A stretch of DNA of 64,000 nt from positions 37,471 through 101,470 of the forward strand of contig CAWCEC010000005.1 of NCBI GenBank assembly GCA_963794525.1, read 5' to 3'. The position numbers and the translations under genes were made by a program. Each line of letters begins with the position of its first letter. Position 1 is the first letter of the stretch. Shown one piece after another: positions 42,986 through 52,009 of this stretch. The notes beneath the pieces are model-generated. The model was given only the letters and a program-made list of their open reading frames with translations, ran no database searches and had not been told where the DNA came from. The stretch comes from an uncultured Chloroflexia bacterium (GTDB lineage Bacteria; Chloroflexota; Limnocylindria; Limnocylindrales; CSP1-4).

Positions 42986-43535
42986 CGGTCGCCAGGGCCG
43001 CGGCGCCGTTCAATTCGGCCAGGTCCCGGAGCCGCTCGATCCGCGCCAGGATGCGACGCTCACGGTCGTCGAGCCGATCCTCGATGTCGGGCGGGAACAG
43101 GTAGCGGCCGCCAGCGGTCCGCAGGCCGAATGCCATCGCGACCGCGTAATCGGCCTCGTGGCTGATCGTCACCGCGATCCTGCCCATGCCGAGCTGCGCG
43201 GCGCGGGCGGCGGCGCGGCCATGCAGGCGGACGGCCGGCTGGCCCGTCGGCAGCCGCTCGATCTCGATGTCGCGCCAGCCGATGCCCCGCACACCGAGCC
43301 CGAGCACCTTCGAGACGGCTTCCTTGGCAGCCCAACGACCGGCCATCGTCTCGGGTCGGCCACGCACGTAGCGCTGCTCGGATGGCGTCAGTACGCGCTG
43401 CGTGAACCGCGAGCCGAACCGCTCCAACGAGGCGCGGATACGGTCGACCTTGATGATGTCGATCCCGAGCTCAGTCATGCCGCCGAACGCGGTATCGCTG
43501 GCGGACACACCCGATGACTCTGCCGTGTCCGCCAT
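42951..43535 (-). CDS. acpS: Holo-[acyl-carrier-protein] synthase with ~65-aa C-terminal extension
   Basis: GIDIIKVDRI...WAAKEAVSKVLG...TISHEADYAVAMAF, followed by a charged helical tail. An alternative start lies at 43478 (MTELGIDII). Confidence 0.85.
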   Translation of the reverse strand: MADTAESSGVSASDTAFGGMTELGIDIIKVDRIRASLERFGSRFTQRVLTPSEQRYVRGRPETMAGRWAAKEAVSKVLGLGVRGIGWRDIEIERLPTGQPAVRLHGRAAARAAQLGMGRIAVTISHEADYAVAMAFGLRTAGGRYLFPPDIEDRLDDRERRILARIERLRDLAELNGAAALATDAPDSDESARA

Positions 43536-43539
43536 CAGG

Positions 43540-45369
43540 TCACTCCACGGTGACTGATTTGGCGAGGTTGCGTGGCTGGTCGACGTCCGTGCCGCGGGCG
43601 ATCGCCACGTGATAGGCGAAGAGCTGGAGCGGGATGATCGCGAGTACCGGGCTGAGCGCCTCGTGCGTGTCGGGCACCCAGCAGATGTCGTCGGCGAACC
43701 GCTCGATCTGCGGGTCGCCTTCGGTCGCGACCGCGATGACGCGGGCGTCGCGCGCTCGACCCTCCATGACGTTCGACATGAGCTTGTCGTATACCGACGA
43801 GCGGGTCGCGACCGCCACGAGCGGACACTCGGCGTCGAGCAACGAGATGGGGCCGTGCTTCATCTCGCCGGCGGCATAGCCCTCGGCGTGGACGTAGCTG
43901 ACTTCCTTGAGCTTGAGGGCACCTTCGAGCGCGGTCGGATAGGAGTACCCCCGGCCGACGAACATGAAGCCACGCGAGTTGACATAGCGACGGGCGAGCT
44001 CGGCTGCGCCCGACTCGTTCTCCAGTGCGCGCTCGGCGGCTTTCGGCAGTGCGTGCAGGGCCGCACCCAGCTCCTGCTCCTGCTCGAGACCCAGCGCACC
44101 ACGGGCCTTGGCGATCGCCGCGGCGAGGATCACCAGCGTCGTGACCTGGGCGACGAACGTCTTCGACGCCGCGACCGCGATCTCCGGACCAGCCTGCAGG
44201 AACAGCACGCGATGCGCCTCACGCGTGATCGCGCTGCCGACCGTGTTCGTGACCGCGATGATCGGAGCTCCACGCTCGCGGGCGAGGCGGGTCGGCGCGA
44301 TGGTGTCGGCGGTCTCGCCCGACTGGGTGACGGCGATGACGAGTGTGCGCCCATCGATCGGCGGCGGGCTGTAGCGGAACTCCGAGCCGACTGTGGCGCG
44401 CGCCGGGATCCCGAGCCAATCCTGGATCGCGGCCGCGCCGACCAGCGCCGCGTAATAGGCCGTGCCACAGGCGACCAACTCGACCCGATCGATCTGGGCG
44501 AGCGTGTCGCCGAACCCCTCGAGCTCCTCGAGCCAGATGTGGTCCTCACTCGTGACGCGGCCGGCGATCGCCTGGCGGAGCGACTCGGGCTGCTCGTGGA
44601 TCTCCTTGAGCATGAAGTGCTCGTAGCCGCCCTTCTCGGCGGCCTCCGTCGTCCAGTCGATGGTCGTGACCTCTCGCTCCTGGGGCGTGCCGTCGACGTT
44701 CGTGATCGTGACGCCGCTCGGGTGCAGGTCGGCGACATCGCCGTCCTCGAGGAACTGGACCTGGTCGGTGTGGGCGAGGATGGCCGCCACATCGCTGGCG
44801 AGGAAGGACTCGCCATCAGCCAGGCCGACGACCAGTGGGACGTCCTTGCGCGCCCCGACCAGCCGGTCGACCTCGCCGCGATGCATCACGGCGATGGCGT
44901 ACGCGCCCTCGACCTGGCGGAGGGTGCCACGGACGGCATCGGCCAGGTCACCCTGGTAGCACTCCTCGATGAGGTGCGCCAGCGCCTCCGTATCGGTCTC
45001 GGACGTCAGCCGATGGCCGCGCGCCTCCAAGCCGTCACGGAGCTCGCGGAAGTTCTCGATGATCCCGTTATGGATGACCGTGATGTCGCCCGTGCAGTCC
45101 TGGTGCGGGTGGGCGTTGAGGTCGTTCGGGCGGCCGTGGGTCGCCCAGCGGGTGTGTGCCAGCCCGATCGCGGCGTGCGGTGTGCGGTCGGCGATGGCCG
45201 CCCGCAGGTTCTCGAGCTTGCCGGCCTTCTTCTCGACGAAGAGATCGCCGCTATCGTCGACCAGCGCGATGCCGGCCGAGTCATAGCCCCGATACTCGAG
45301 GCGGGCGAGACCCTCGATGAGGATGGGACCAGCCTCGCGGGGTCCCGTGTAGCCGACGATGCCGCACAT
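43540..45369 (-). CDS. glmS: Glutamine--fructose-6-phosphate aminotransferase
   Basis: 609 aa with MCGIVGY N-terminal nucleophile, two SIS domains and a C-terminal ...KSVTVE. Confidence 0.97.
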   Translation of the reverse strand: MCGIVGYTGPREAGPILIEGLARLEYRGYDSAGIALVDDSGDLFVEKKAGKLENLRAAIADRTPHAAIGLAHTRWATHGRPNDLNAHPHQDCTGDITVIHNGIIENFRELRDGLEARGHRLTSETDTEALAHLIEECYQGDLADAVRGTLRQVEGAYAIAVMHRGEVDRLVGARKDVPLVVGLADGESFLASDVAAILAHTDQVQFLEDGDVADLHPSGVTITNVDGTPQEREVTTIDWTTEAAEKGGYEHFMLKEIHEQPESLRQAIAGRVTSEDHIWLEELEGFGDTLAQIDRVELVACGTAYYAALVGAAAIQDWLGIPARATVGSEFRYSPPPIDGRTLVIAVTQSGETADTIAPTRLARERGAPIIAVTNTVGSAITREAHRVLFLQAGPEIAVAASKTFVAQVTTLVILAAAIAKARGALGLEQEQELGAALHALPKAAERALENESGAAELARRYVNSRGFMFVGRGYSYPTALEGALKLKEVSYVHAEGYAAGEMKHGPISLLDAECPLVAVATRSSVYDKLMSNVMEGRARDARVIAVATEGDPQIERFADDICWVPDTHEALSPVLAIIPLQLFAYHVAIARGTDVDQPRNLAKSVTVE

Positions 45370-45397
45370 GTGCCTGGCTGCTCTCCGTTGCGGCCCG

Positions 45398-46729
45398 TCA
45401 GTTTAGCCGCTCGCCCGCGAGGGTCGCGAGCGAGTCGGCGAGCTCGGTCACGAGCGCCTCGTCGGGTCCTTCCACCATGACCCGCAGCGCGGGCTCGGTC
45501 CCGGACGGCCGGACGAGGACCCTTCCGGAGCTCCCCAGCCGTGCGCTCGCATCGGCGATCGCGCGCCGCAGCGTGGGGTCGCCCTCCCATTGGTCCTTGT
45601 GTCGCGCCTTGACCGCCCGCTGTTGCTGGGGGAGCAGGGTGATCGCTTTCGCCAGCGTCGCGAGCGGCGCGCCTCGCGTGGTCATCACACGCAGGACCTC
45701 GAGCGCGGTGACGATGCCGTCGCCCGACGTCGTGTGCTCCAGGACGATCACGTGCCCCGACTTCTCGCCGCCGAGCATGGCCCCCGCCACCTGCATCCCC
45801 TCGAGGATGTACTTGTCACCGACGGGGGTGCGGACGACCTCGCCGCCGGCCGCCTCGACCGCGCTCTGCAGACCGCCGTTGGACAGGATCGACACCACCA
45901 GGCCGCCCGGCAGGGCATCGCGCTCGAGCCGCTCGAGGGCGAGGATCCCGAGGAGCTGGTCGCCGTCCACGATCCGGCCCTGCCCATCGACCGCGATCAG
46001 CCGATCGGCGTCGCCGTCGAGCGCGAAGCCCACGTCCGCCCCGCGTTCCGCGACCGCGCGGGCGAGCGAGCCCGGGGACGTCGCGCCCGACTCGACGTTG
46101 ATGTTGACCCCGTCGGGGTCCACGTGGATCGCGTCGACCCGGGCGCCGGTCGCGGCCAGGATCTCCTGGCCTGCCGCACCGCCGGAGCCGTTCGCGCCGT
46201 CGAGGACGATGTGCAGGCCACTGGCGTCGATCGCGGTGGCCAGGCCACGTCGGTGCTCGAGGTAGCGCTCGATGGTGTCGACAGCGTCGATCCGCCGGCC
46301 GAGGGTGGCGTTGCCGGCGCCGCCGAGCTCGCCCTCGCGCCAGATGAGGGCCTCGAGCTCGTCCTCGATCGAGTCGTCGAGCTTGAGCCCATCGGCGTCG
46401 AGCACTTTCAGCCCGTTGTCGTCGGCGGGGTTGTGCGACGCCGACACCATGATCCCCGCGCGGTAGTCGCCGGATTGCGTCAGGTGGGCGAGCGCCGGGG
46501 TGGGGACGACGCCGACGACATGGACGTCGACGCCGAGGCTGGTCGCCCCGGCCACGATAGCCGCGACGAACATGTCACCCGACCGCCGCGTGTCCTGCCC
46601 GACGACGATGGCGGAACCGGGCTCGGCGAGTCGCTTGGCCGTCGCACGACCGAGCGCGTAGGCCATGGTCGGCTTGAGGTCGACGTTCGCGACCCCGCGG
46701 ATGCCATCAGTCCCGAAGAGCTGCCCCAT
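45398..46729 (-). CDS. glmM: Phosphoglucosamine mutase
   Basis: LFGTDGIRG and the phosphoserine loop SASHNPADDNG. 443 aa. Confidence 0.96.
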   Translation of the reverse strand: MGQLFGTDGIRGVANVDLKPTMAYALGRATAKRLAEPGSAIVVGQDTRRSGDMFVAAIVAGATSLGVDVHVVGVVPTPALAHLTQSGDYRAGIMVSASHNPADDNGLKVLDADGLKLDDSIEDELEALIWREGELGGAGNATLGRRIDAVDTIERYLEHRRGLATAIDASGLHIVLDGANGSGGAAGQEILAATGARVDAIHVDPDGVNINVESGATSPGSLARAVAERGADVGFALDGDADRLIAVDGQGRIVDGDQLLGILALERLERDALPGGLVVSILSNGGLQSAVEAAGGEVVRTPVGDKYILEGMQVAGAMLGGEKSGHVIVLEHTTSGDGIVTALEVLRVMTTRGAPLATLAKAITLLPQQQRAVKARHKDQWEGDPTLRRAIADASARLGSSGRVLVRPSGTEPALRVMVEGPDEALVTELADSLATLAGERLN

Positions 46730-46733
46730 CCGC

Positions 46734-48002
46734 TCAGGACGGCGGGGGCGTGGGGCGCGGCGTCACGACCACCTGGACACGCTGCGGGTTGGCCACGACG
46801 AGCGAGATCCCTGGCGGCAAGGCGGCGGTCACCTGGACATCGGTCGTGCCCGGACCAAGCGTGGTGACGTCGAGGTCTGCAGCAAGCGTGGCGCCGATCA
46901 GCCGATCGAGGTCGGGCGTGCTGCCGCCGACCGTGATCAGCACGCGGTCGACCCCGGCCCGGTAGGCGAGATCGGGTTGGACGCCGATCAGGCGGAGGCC
47001 CACCTCGAAGGAACGGGTCCCGGTGACGGGGCGGATGCCGACCTCCACCGTCACCTCCTGCACGTCGAGCGCCACGACCCCGGTCGGCAGCGCGAGCCCG
47101 ACCTGGAGCGTGCGCGAGGCCGAGAGCCCGGTGATCGGGATCGGCACGGTGTCGATCGTGGCGAGGGCCTCGAGCTCGTCGACGTCGCCTTCGACCGTGA
47201 TGAAGCGGGGCTCCACGCTGAGGGTCGACTGCTCGAAGCCGGCGGCAGGTGTGCCCGTGATCTGCGGGTTGACCGGTAGCTGCCGCGTTTGCCGGTCCGA
47301 GAAGATCGGGATCATGACGCGCGCGGTCGCCGGCTCCACTCTGACCTGCGCGACCGCGTCGCCGACACTGTCGATCGGCACCAGCTCGACGTCCTGGTCG
47401 ACATCGATGCCCGACGGCTGCACGACCACCGATGCCCGTGCGGCGACCACTCTCGCCAGGACCGAGGCCGGCCCGATCACGCGAGCGTCGGGCGGGTCGA
47501 CGGTCTCGGCACCGACCGACATGTTCACAGGGATATCGCCGCGCTCCACCTGGACCGGCACGGTCTTCTCCGCTACTCGATCCAGCTCGACGGCGACTGT
47601 CTGCGGCTCGAAACCGAGCACCCGCACCCGCGGGTCGATGGACCGCAGCTGGATCGGCACGCTCTGCCGGCCGCTGCCGGGCGGAACATCGCTGAGATCG
47701 ACCCATGCCTCGAAGTCTGATGAGATCGGCCGCACGTTCGATGGCGTGAAGTAGCGGATCTCCGTGACCGGTCGGAGTGTCGTGAGCAGGAAGGTGTCGG
47801 CCGGCTGCTCGCGTGGTGTCACCGGGACGACGCCCGTCAGCGTGTCAGAGCTCTGGGACAGGACGAGGCCGCCGTACAGGAGCGAGGCGAGACCGATCGC
47901 CGCGAGTTTGAGGGGCCAGTTGTGGATGAGGACCCCGAGGGCTCGGGTCACCGCGGGGCTCGTACGGCCGACGTGGACGCGGGCTCCGGCGTGGACCGCC
48001 AC
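46734..48002 (-). CDS. cdaR: YbbR-domain protein (CdaR-like regulator of diadenylate cyclase); start uncertain
   Basis: N-terminal NWPLKLAAIGLASLLY anchor followed by four repeats of the YbbR-like beta domain. It sits between cdaA and glmM. Confidence 0.8.
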   Translation of the reverse strand: MAVHAGARVHVGRTSPAVTRALGVLIHNWPLKLAAIGLASLLYGGLVLSQSSDTLTGVVPVTPREQPADTFLLTTLRPVTEIRYFTPSNVRPISSDFEAWVDLSDVPPGSGRQSVPIQLRSIDPRVRVLGFEPQTVAVELDRVAEKTVPVQVERGDIPVNMSVGAETVDPPDARVIGPASVLARVVAARASVVVQPSGIDVDQDVELVPIDSVGDAVAQVRVEPATARVMIPIFSDRQTRQLPVNPQITGTPAAGFEQSTLSVEPRFITVEGDVDELEALATIDTVPIPITGLSASRTLQVGLALPTGVVALDVQEVTVEVGIRPVTGTRSFEVGLRLIGVQPDLAYRAGVDRVLITVGGSTPDLDRLIGATLAADLDVTTLGPGTTDVQVTAALPPGISLVVANPQRVQVVVTPRPTPPPS

Positions 48003-48808
48003 CCATTCAGGGCGCGCCGGCGGCGACCCTGGCTCGGGTCGAGCAACTGGCGGATGGTGCGGGCGAGCTGTGACTCGTTGAGGTTGCGCACGATCCGCGA
48101 TCGCTCGACGAGACTGATCTGGCCGTTCTCCTCGGACACGACGACCACGATCGCGTCGGTCTGCTCGGCGATGCCGAGGGCCGCGCGATGGCGGGTTCCG
48201 AAGCGCTCGACCTGGACGGTCGTCTCGGCGAGTGGCAATAGCACGCCTGCCGCGAGGATCGTCTCGCCGCGGATGATGACTGCGCCGTCATGGAGGGCGG
48301 TCCGCGGCGCGAAGATGGTCCTGAGGAGATCGGCCGATACATCGCCGTGGATCATCACGCCGGTCTCGGCGGTGTCCTCGAGGCCGGTCTCGCGCTCGAG
48401 CACCATCAAGGCGCCGTGGCCCTCGGCGGACAGTTCGGCGGCGGCGCGCGCGACTTCCTTGGCGACGTTCTCGACGGCACGTAAATCTGCGCCGGCCAGC
48501 ATCCACCCGAACGAACCGACGCGGCCGATCCGCTCGAGCGCGCGGCGGATCTCCGGCTGGAAGATCACGACGAGCGCGAACAGGCCGACGACCGCGCCGC
48601 CCTGCAGGATGCGCGTCAACAACTCGAGTCCGAGGGCGACGGCAAGCACGTACACCACGATCAGGACGCTCACGCCGATGACCAGTCGGACCGCCCGCGT
48701 TCCCCGGATAAGGCTGAAGAGCCAGTAGATCAGCAGCGACGTGATCGCGATGTCGAGAAGGGTCGTCAGTCGGACCTGTTCCAAGATCGAACCGATGAGC
48801 TCCGGCAT
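47948..48808 (-). CDS. cdaA: Diadenylate cyclase CdaA (membrane-anchored DAC domain)
   Basis: Three N-terminal TM helices, then the DAC motifs ALHDGAVIIRG and GTRHRAALGI. ATG at 48808 is chosen as the start (MPELIGSILEQV). Confidence 0.9.
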   Translation of the reverse strand: MPELIGSILEQVRLTTLLDIAITSLLIYWLFSLIRGTRAVRLVIGVSVLIVVYVLAVALGLELLTRILQGGAVVGLFALVVIFQPEIRRALERIGRVGSFGWMLAGADLRAVENVAKEVARAAAELSAEGHGALMVLERETGLEDTAETGVMIHGDVSADLLRTIFAPRTALHDGAVIIRGETILAAGVLLPLAETTVQVERFGTRHRAALGIAEQTDAIVVVVSEENGQISLVERSRIVRNLNESQLARTIRQLLDPSQGRRRRALNGWRSTPEPASTSAVRAPR

Positions 48809-48864
48809 CGTGTGTGGAGTGTAGCATCGCGCCCCCGCACGACCCGCCCCAGCGGGTCCTCGGG

Positions 48865-49761
48865 TCAGGCGCAGATGGCCTCGAGGCGCGAGTCGTCCGG
48901 GAGTCGCGTGGCGAGACCGCATAACCGCTCGCGAGTCGATGGATCGCCGCCGAGATCGATCAGGCGCGAGAGCAGCACCAACTTGTCTGACGCGGCCGTG
49001 CGCCAGCCGCGGTCGAGGTACAGCTCGGCGAGCGCAAGATGCAGCGACGGGTCGGCTGGGTTGGTGGCGAGCGCCTGGTAACACGCGTCGATGGCGGCGT
49101 GGACCTGACCGGCGGCGCGATGGCCTCGTGCGGCGGCCAGCGCCGCGGACCTCGTGGAGTCAGCCTCACCCGAGGCGGCGGCGTCCTCGACGGCGGCCAT
49201 CGCCGCCGCCGGATCGAACGGCGGTGGTGGCGGCTCCGGTTCGGGGCCGATCGGCCCGGCGAGCAGCGCCCGCGCGCGGCCGAGCGCCTCCACCGCGCCT
49301 GCGGCGGCTGCGGCGCCAGCCGGATCCGCAGCCAGGCGATCGACCATCGTCTGCAGCGCTTCGCGGCGGCCATGGCCCTCGGCAAGATCGAGCGCCCGAG
49401 CGACCGAATCGATGGCCTCCGCCCGGCGGTCGGCCGACTCGAGGACCGGTACGAGCCGATCGAGTGTCTCGGCGGCGCGAACGCGATCGCCGAGAGCAAG
49501 CAGCGTGTCGATCCGGCCGCGGAGCGCGGTCTCGTCGGTCGGCGACCGGTCGAGTGCGAGGTCGAAGGCAGACAGCGCCTCGGTGGACTTGCCGAGTCGC
49601 GTCAGCACGAGCCCGATGCCGACGAGCGGCAGCGCGCGGTCCGGAGCGACCCTGGCCGCCTCGCTGTACGCGTCGAGCGCCTCGTCGAACCGCGCGCGCT
49701 GGCTCGCGACGTGGCCGCGCCGGAGCGCGTCCTTGTAGCGCTCGAACAGAGCCTCGCTCAT
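48865..49761 (-). CDS. TPR-repeat protein
   Basis: 298 aa of Ala/Leu-rich 34-residue-like repeats (FDEALDAYSEAARVAPD..., AIDACYQALATNPAD...). The ATG overlaps the argF stop. Confidence 0.7.
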   Translation of the reverse strand: MSEALFERYKDALRRGHVASQRARFDEALDAYSEAARVAPDRALPLVGIGLVLTRLGKSTEALSAFDLALDRSPTDETALRGRIDTLLALGDRVRAAETLDRLVPVLESADRRAEAIDSVARALDLAEGHGRREALQTMVDRLAADPAGAAAAAGAVEALGRARALLAGPIGPEPEPPPPPFDPAAAMAAVEDAAASGEADSTRSAALAAARGHRAAGQVHAAIDACYQALATNPADPSLHLALAELYLDRGWRTAASDKLVLLSRLIDLGGDPSTRERLCGLATRLPDDSRLEAICA

Positions 49762-50720
49762 GCGGCCGCGCCGATCAGCTCCACGAGCAGCGCCTTCTGG
49801 ACGTGCAGCCGATTCTCGGACTGCTCGAAGATCAGGCTGCGCGGACCGTCCATCACCGACGAGGTGATCTCCTCCCCGCGGTGCGCTGGGAGGCAGTGCA
49901 TGGCCATCGCGTCGGGTCCGGCCGCATCCATGAGGGCGTCATCGACGCGGTACAGCGCGAATGCGTCACGGCGTGCCTCGGTCTCGACCTCCTGGCCCAT
50001 CGATGTCCAGGCATCCGTGTAGACGATGTCGGCGCCGGCGACGAGTTCCTGGGGGTCCTGTCCGAAGACCAGGCGTCCACCGGTGCTTGCCGCCCGGGCC
50101 TGGGCGGTCGCGACGATCCGTTGATCCGGGCCGTAGCCGGCCGGATGGGCGAGCCGCACCTCGGCCCCGAACGCGGCGGCGACGAGCGCGAGCGAGTGGT
50201 AGACGTTGTTCCCGTCGCCGACGAACGTGACGACGGCGGCATCGAGCCGACCGAGGTGCTCGCGGATGGTGAAGACATCGGCGAGGGCCTGGCAGGGATG
50301 CTCGCGCAGCGTCAGCCCGTTGATGACCGGCACCGAAGCCTGGGCGGCGAGCTCGAGCACGACCTCGTGGGGGCCGGTGCGGGCGACGATGGCGTCGACG
50401 AACCGCTCGAGATTGCGGGCGACGTCGCGGACGGCCTCGCGCGCGCCCATGACCGCGTCCTCCGGCAGGTAGATCGCCGCGCCGCCAAGCTGGGTCATGC
50501 CGGCCTCGAACGTCACACGTGTCCGCAGGCTCGGCTTCTGGAACAGCATCGCCAGCGTCCGACCGGCGAGCAGCTTGTCCTGGTGGCGTCGCGTGGCGCG
50601 GAATTCAGCCTTCAGCTCGGCGGCCGTGTCGAAGACGCGGGTGACCTCGTCGGCCGTGAGATCGGCGGCGCTCAGGAGGTCGCGGCCGCGCAGGGTGGGC
50701 GTGTCGATCGAGGCCGTCAT
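49758..50720 (-). CDS. argF: Ornithine carbamoyltransferase
   Basis: The carbamoyl-phosphate motif appears as PSLRTRVTFE and the ornithine-binding motif as HCLPAHRGEE. 320 aa. Confidence 0.93.
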   Translation of the reverse strand: MTASIDTPTLRGRDLLSAADLTADEVTRVFDTAAELKAEFRATRRHQDKLLAGRTLAMLFQKPSLRTRVTFEAGMTQLGGAAIYLPEDAVMGAREAVRDVARNLERFVDAIVARTGPHEVVLELAAQASVPVINGLTLREHPCQALADVFTIREHLGRLDAAVVTFVGDGNNVYHSLALVAAAFGAEVRLAHPAGYGPDQRIVATAQARAASTGGRLVFGQDPQELVAGADIVYTDAWTSMGQEVETEARRDAFALYRVDDALMDAAGPDAMAMHCLPAHRGEEITSSVMDGPRSLIFEQSENRLHVQKALLVELIGAAA

Positions 50721-50757
50721 ACCGCCACTGTAGCGGCTCCGAGAGGGGCCGCCGGGA

Positions 50758-50955
50758 GCCCGTTCGTTCGGGTCGTGGGGTGACCCGAACGCCGGCCCGA
50801 CCCGGGTTCTGGGTCACGGGGTGGTTCAACTGACGGCTGAACGGCCGGAGATGCGTGCTCGTTCGTCCGTTGGGTCACCGGGTGGCACACCTGACGGCTT
50901 GTCGCCCCTTAAGCGCCTGTTCGTTCGTCCGTTGGGTCACACCGGGTGACACGGA
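50758..50955. repeat. Degenerate tandem array with 61-62-nt period (about 4 units) upstream of argF
   Basis: An exact 18-mer gttcgtccgttgggtcac occurs at 50861-50878 and 50923-50940, and ctgacggct at 50830-50838 and 50891-50899. Diverged units start near 50762 and 50805. Confidence 0.7.
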
Positions 50956-50990
50956 GCTCCTTCGCGAACTGGCCTACTGAATTGCCGTGC

Positions 50991-51131
50991 CGCGCTTCAC
51001 AGTCGCGTTTTTCGAGTCGAGGGACGCCTCGGACTGCCATACGGCCCGAAGACGAGCGTGGGGGACACGCGTTTGAGCCGAAACGCCGGCTGATCGCCGG
51101 CTCGGCTCGAAAAACGTGACTGTCAGTCGCG
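50991..51131. repeat. Copy B of the ~140-nt inverted-repeat intergenic element
   Basis: The 31-nt arms cgcgcttcacagtcgcgtttttcgagtcgag (50991-51021) and ctcggctcgaaaaacgtgactgtcagtcgcg (51101-51131) are reverse complements at 26 of 31 positions. The right arm matches copy A. Confidence 0.65.
51110..51131 (-). terminator. Putative intrinsic terminator downstream of rpsI (part of repeat copy B)
   Basis: The minus strand reads CGCGACT-gac-AGTCACG followed by TTTTT, about 30 nt after the rpsI stop. Confidence 0.45.
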
Positions 51132-51161
51132 TGCGGACCGCCCAGGGCGTCCGTGCAGTGG

Positions 51162-51560
51162 CTAGCGCTTCGTATACTGCGGAGCTTTTCGAGCGCGCTT
51201 GAGCCCGTACTTCTTGCGCTCCTTCATACGCGGATCGCGGGTCAGCAACCCGGCCTGGCGGAGCGGCAGGCGGTTGGCGTCGGCGTCGACCTCGAGCAGC
51301 GCCCGCGCGATGCCGTGGCGGATCGCCCCGGCCTGGCCGTGCACGCCGCCACCCTCGACCTTGATCATCGCGTTGAAGCGACCCTCGGTGCCGGTGACCC
51401 GGAACGGGAGCCGCACCTCGGCCTCGTTGACGGCGTTGCCGAAGTGCTCATCGAGCGATCGACCGTTCACGACGATCTCGCCCTCGCCCGGCAGCAGCCG
51501 AACGCGTGCGATGGCCGTCTTACGACGGCCGGTACCGGAATAGAAGGCGGGGATGGACAT
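51162..51560 (-). CDS. rpsI: 30S ribosomal protein S9
   Basis: 132 aa ending ...RKAPQYTKR, the canonical uS9 C-terminus. Confidence 0.97.
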   Translation of the reverse strand: MSIPAFYSGTGRRKTAIARVRLLPGEGEIVVNGRSLDEHFGNAVNEAEVRLPFRVTGTEGRFNAMIKVEGGGVHGQAGAIRHGIARALLEVDADANRLPLRQAGLLTRDPRMKERKKYGLKRARKAPQYTKR

Positions 51561-51577
51561 GATGGAAGGGCTCCTCG

Positions 51578-52009
51578 TCAGGCGAGCGGCTCAGGCTGCT
51601 GAGCCTGATGGGGGTGGTCGGATCCGGCGTAGATCTTCAGCTTGCGCAGTTGCTGGGTGCCGAGTCGATTGCGCGGCAGCATGCCCTTGACGGCACGGCG
51701 GATGACCTCCTCCGGCCGGCGCTCCAGGAGGTGACCCAGCGTCTCCTCCTTGTACCCCTGCGGGTAGCCGCTGTGGCGGATGTAGAGCTTGCTCTCGAGC
51801 TTGTCGCTGGTGACCGCGATGCGCCCGGCGTTGAGCACGATCACGTGATCGCCAGAGTCGAGGTTGGGCTGGAAGGTCGGTTTGTGCTTGCCTTCGAGGA
51901 CGCGCGCGATGCGCGACGCGAGACGGCCGAGCGTCTCGTCCGTCGCGTCAACGACGTACCAGCGTCGCTCGATCTCGCTCTCACGGACCGATATGGTCTT
52001 CGCGTTCAT
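51578..52009 (-). CDS. rplM: 50S ribosomal protein L13
   Basis: [22 protein letters not shown]... The ATG at 52009 overlaps the truA stop. Confidence 0.95.
   Translation of the reverse strand: MNAKTISVRESEIERRWYVVDATDETLGRLASRIARVLEGKHKPTFQPNLDSGDHVIVLNAGRIAVTSDKLESKLYIRHSGYPQGYKEETLGHLLERRPEEVIRRAVKGMLPRNRLGTQQLRKLKIYAGSDHPHQAQQPEPLA

Noticed and set aside
45370-45397. glmS ribozyme upstream of glmS.
   Set aside because: The glmM-glmS spacer is only 28 nt, far too short for the ribozyme, and no conserved core sequence is visible.
50758-50955. CRISPR array, suggested by the 61-62-nt period (about 30-nt repeat plus about 32-nt spacer geometry).
   Set aside because: Only two units share more than 18 identical nt and the other units are strongly diverged. 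There are no cas genes in the window and no leader-like AT-rich flank. I kept it as an unexplained tandem repeat instead.
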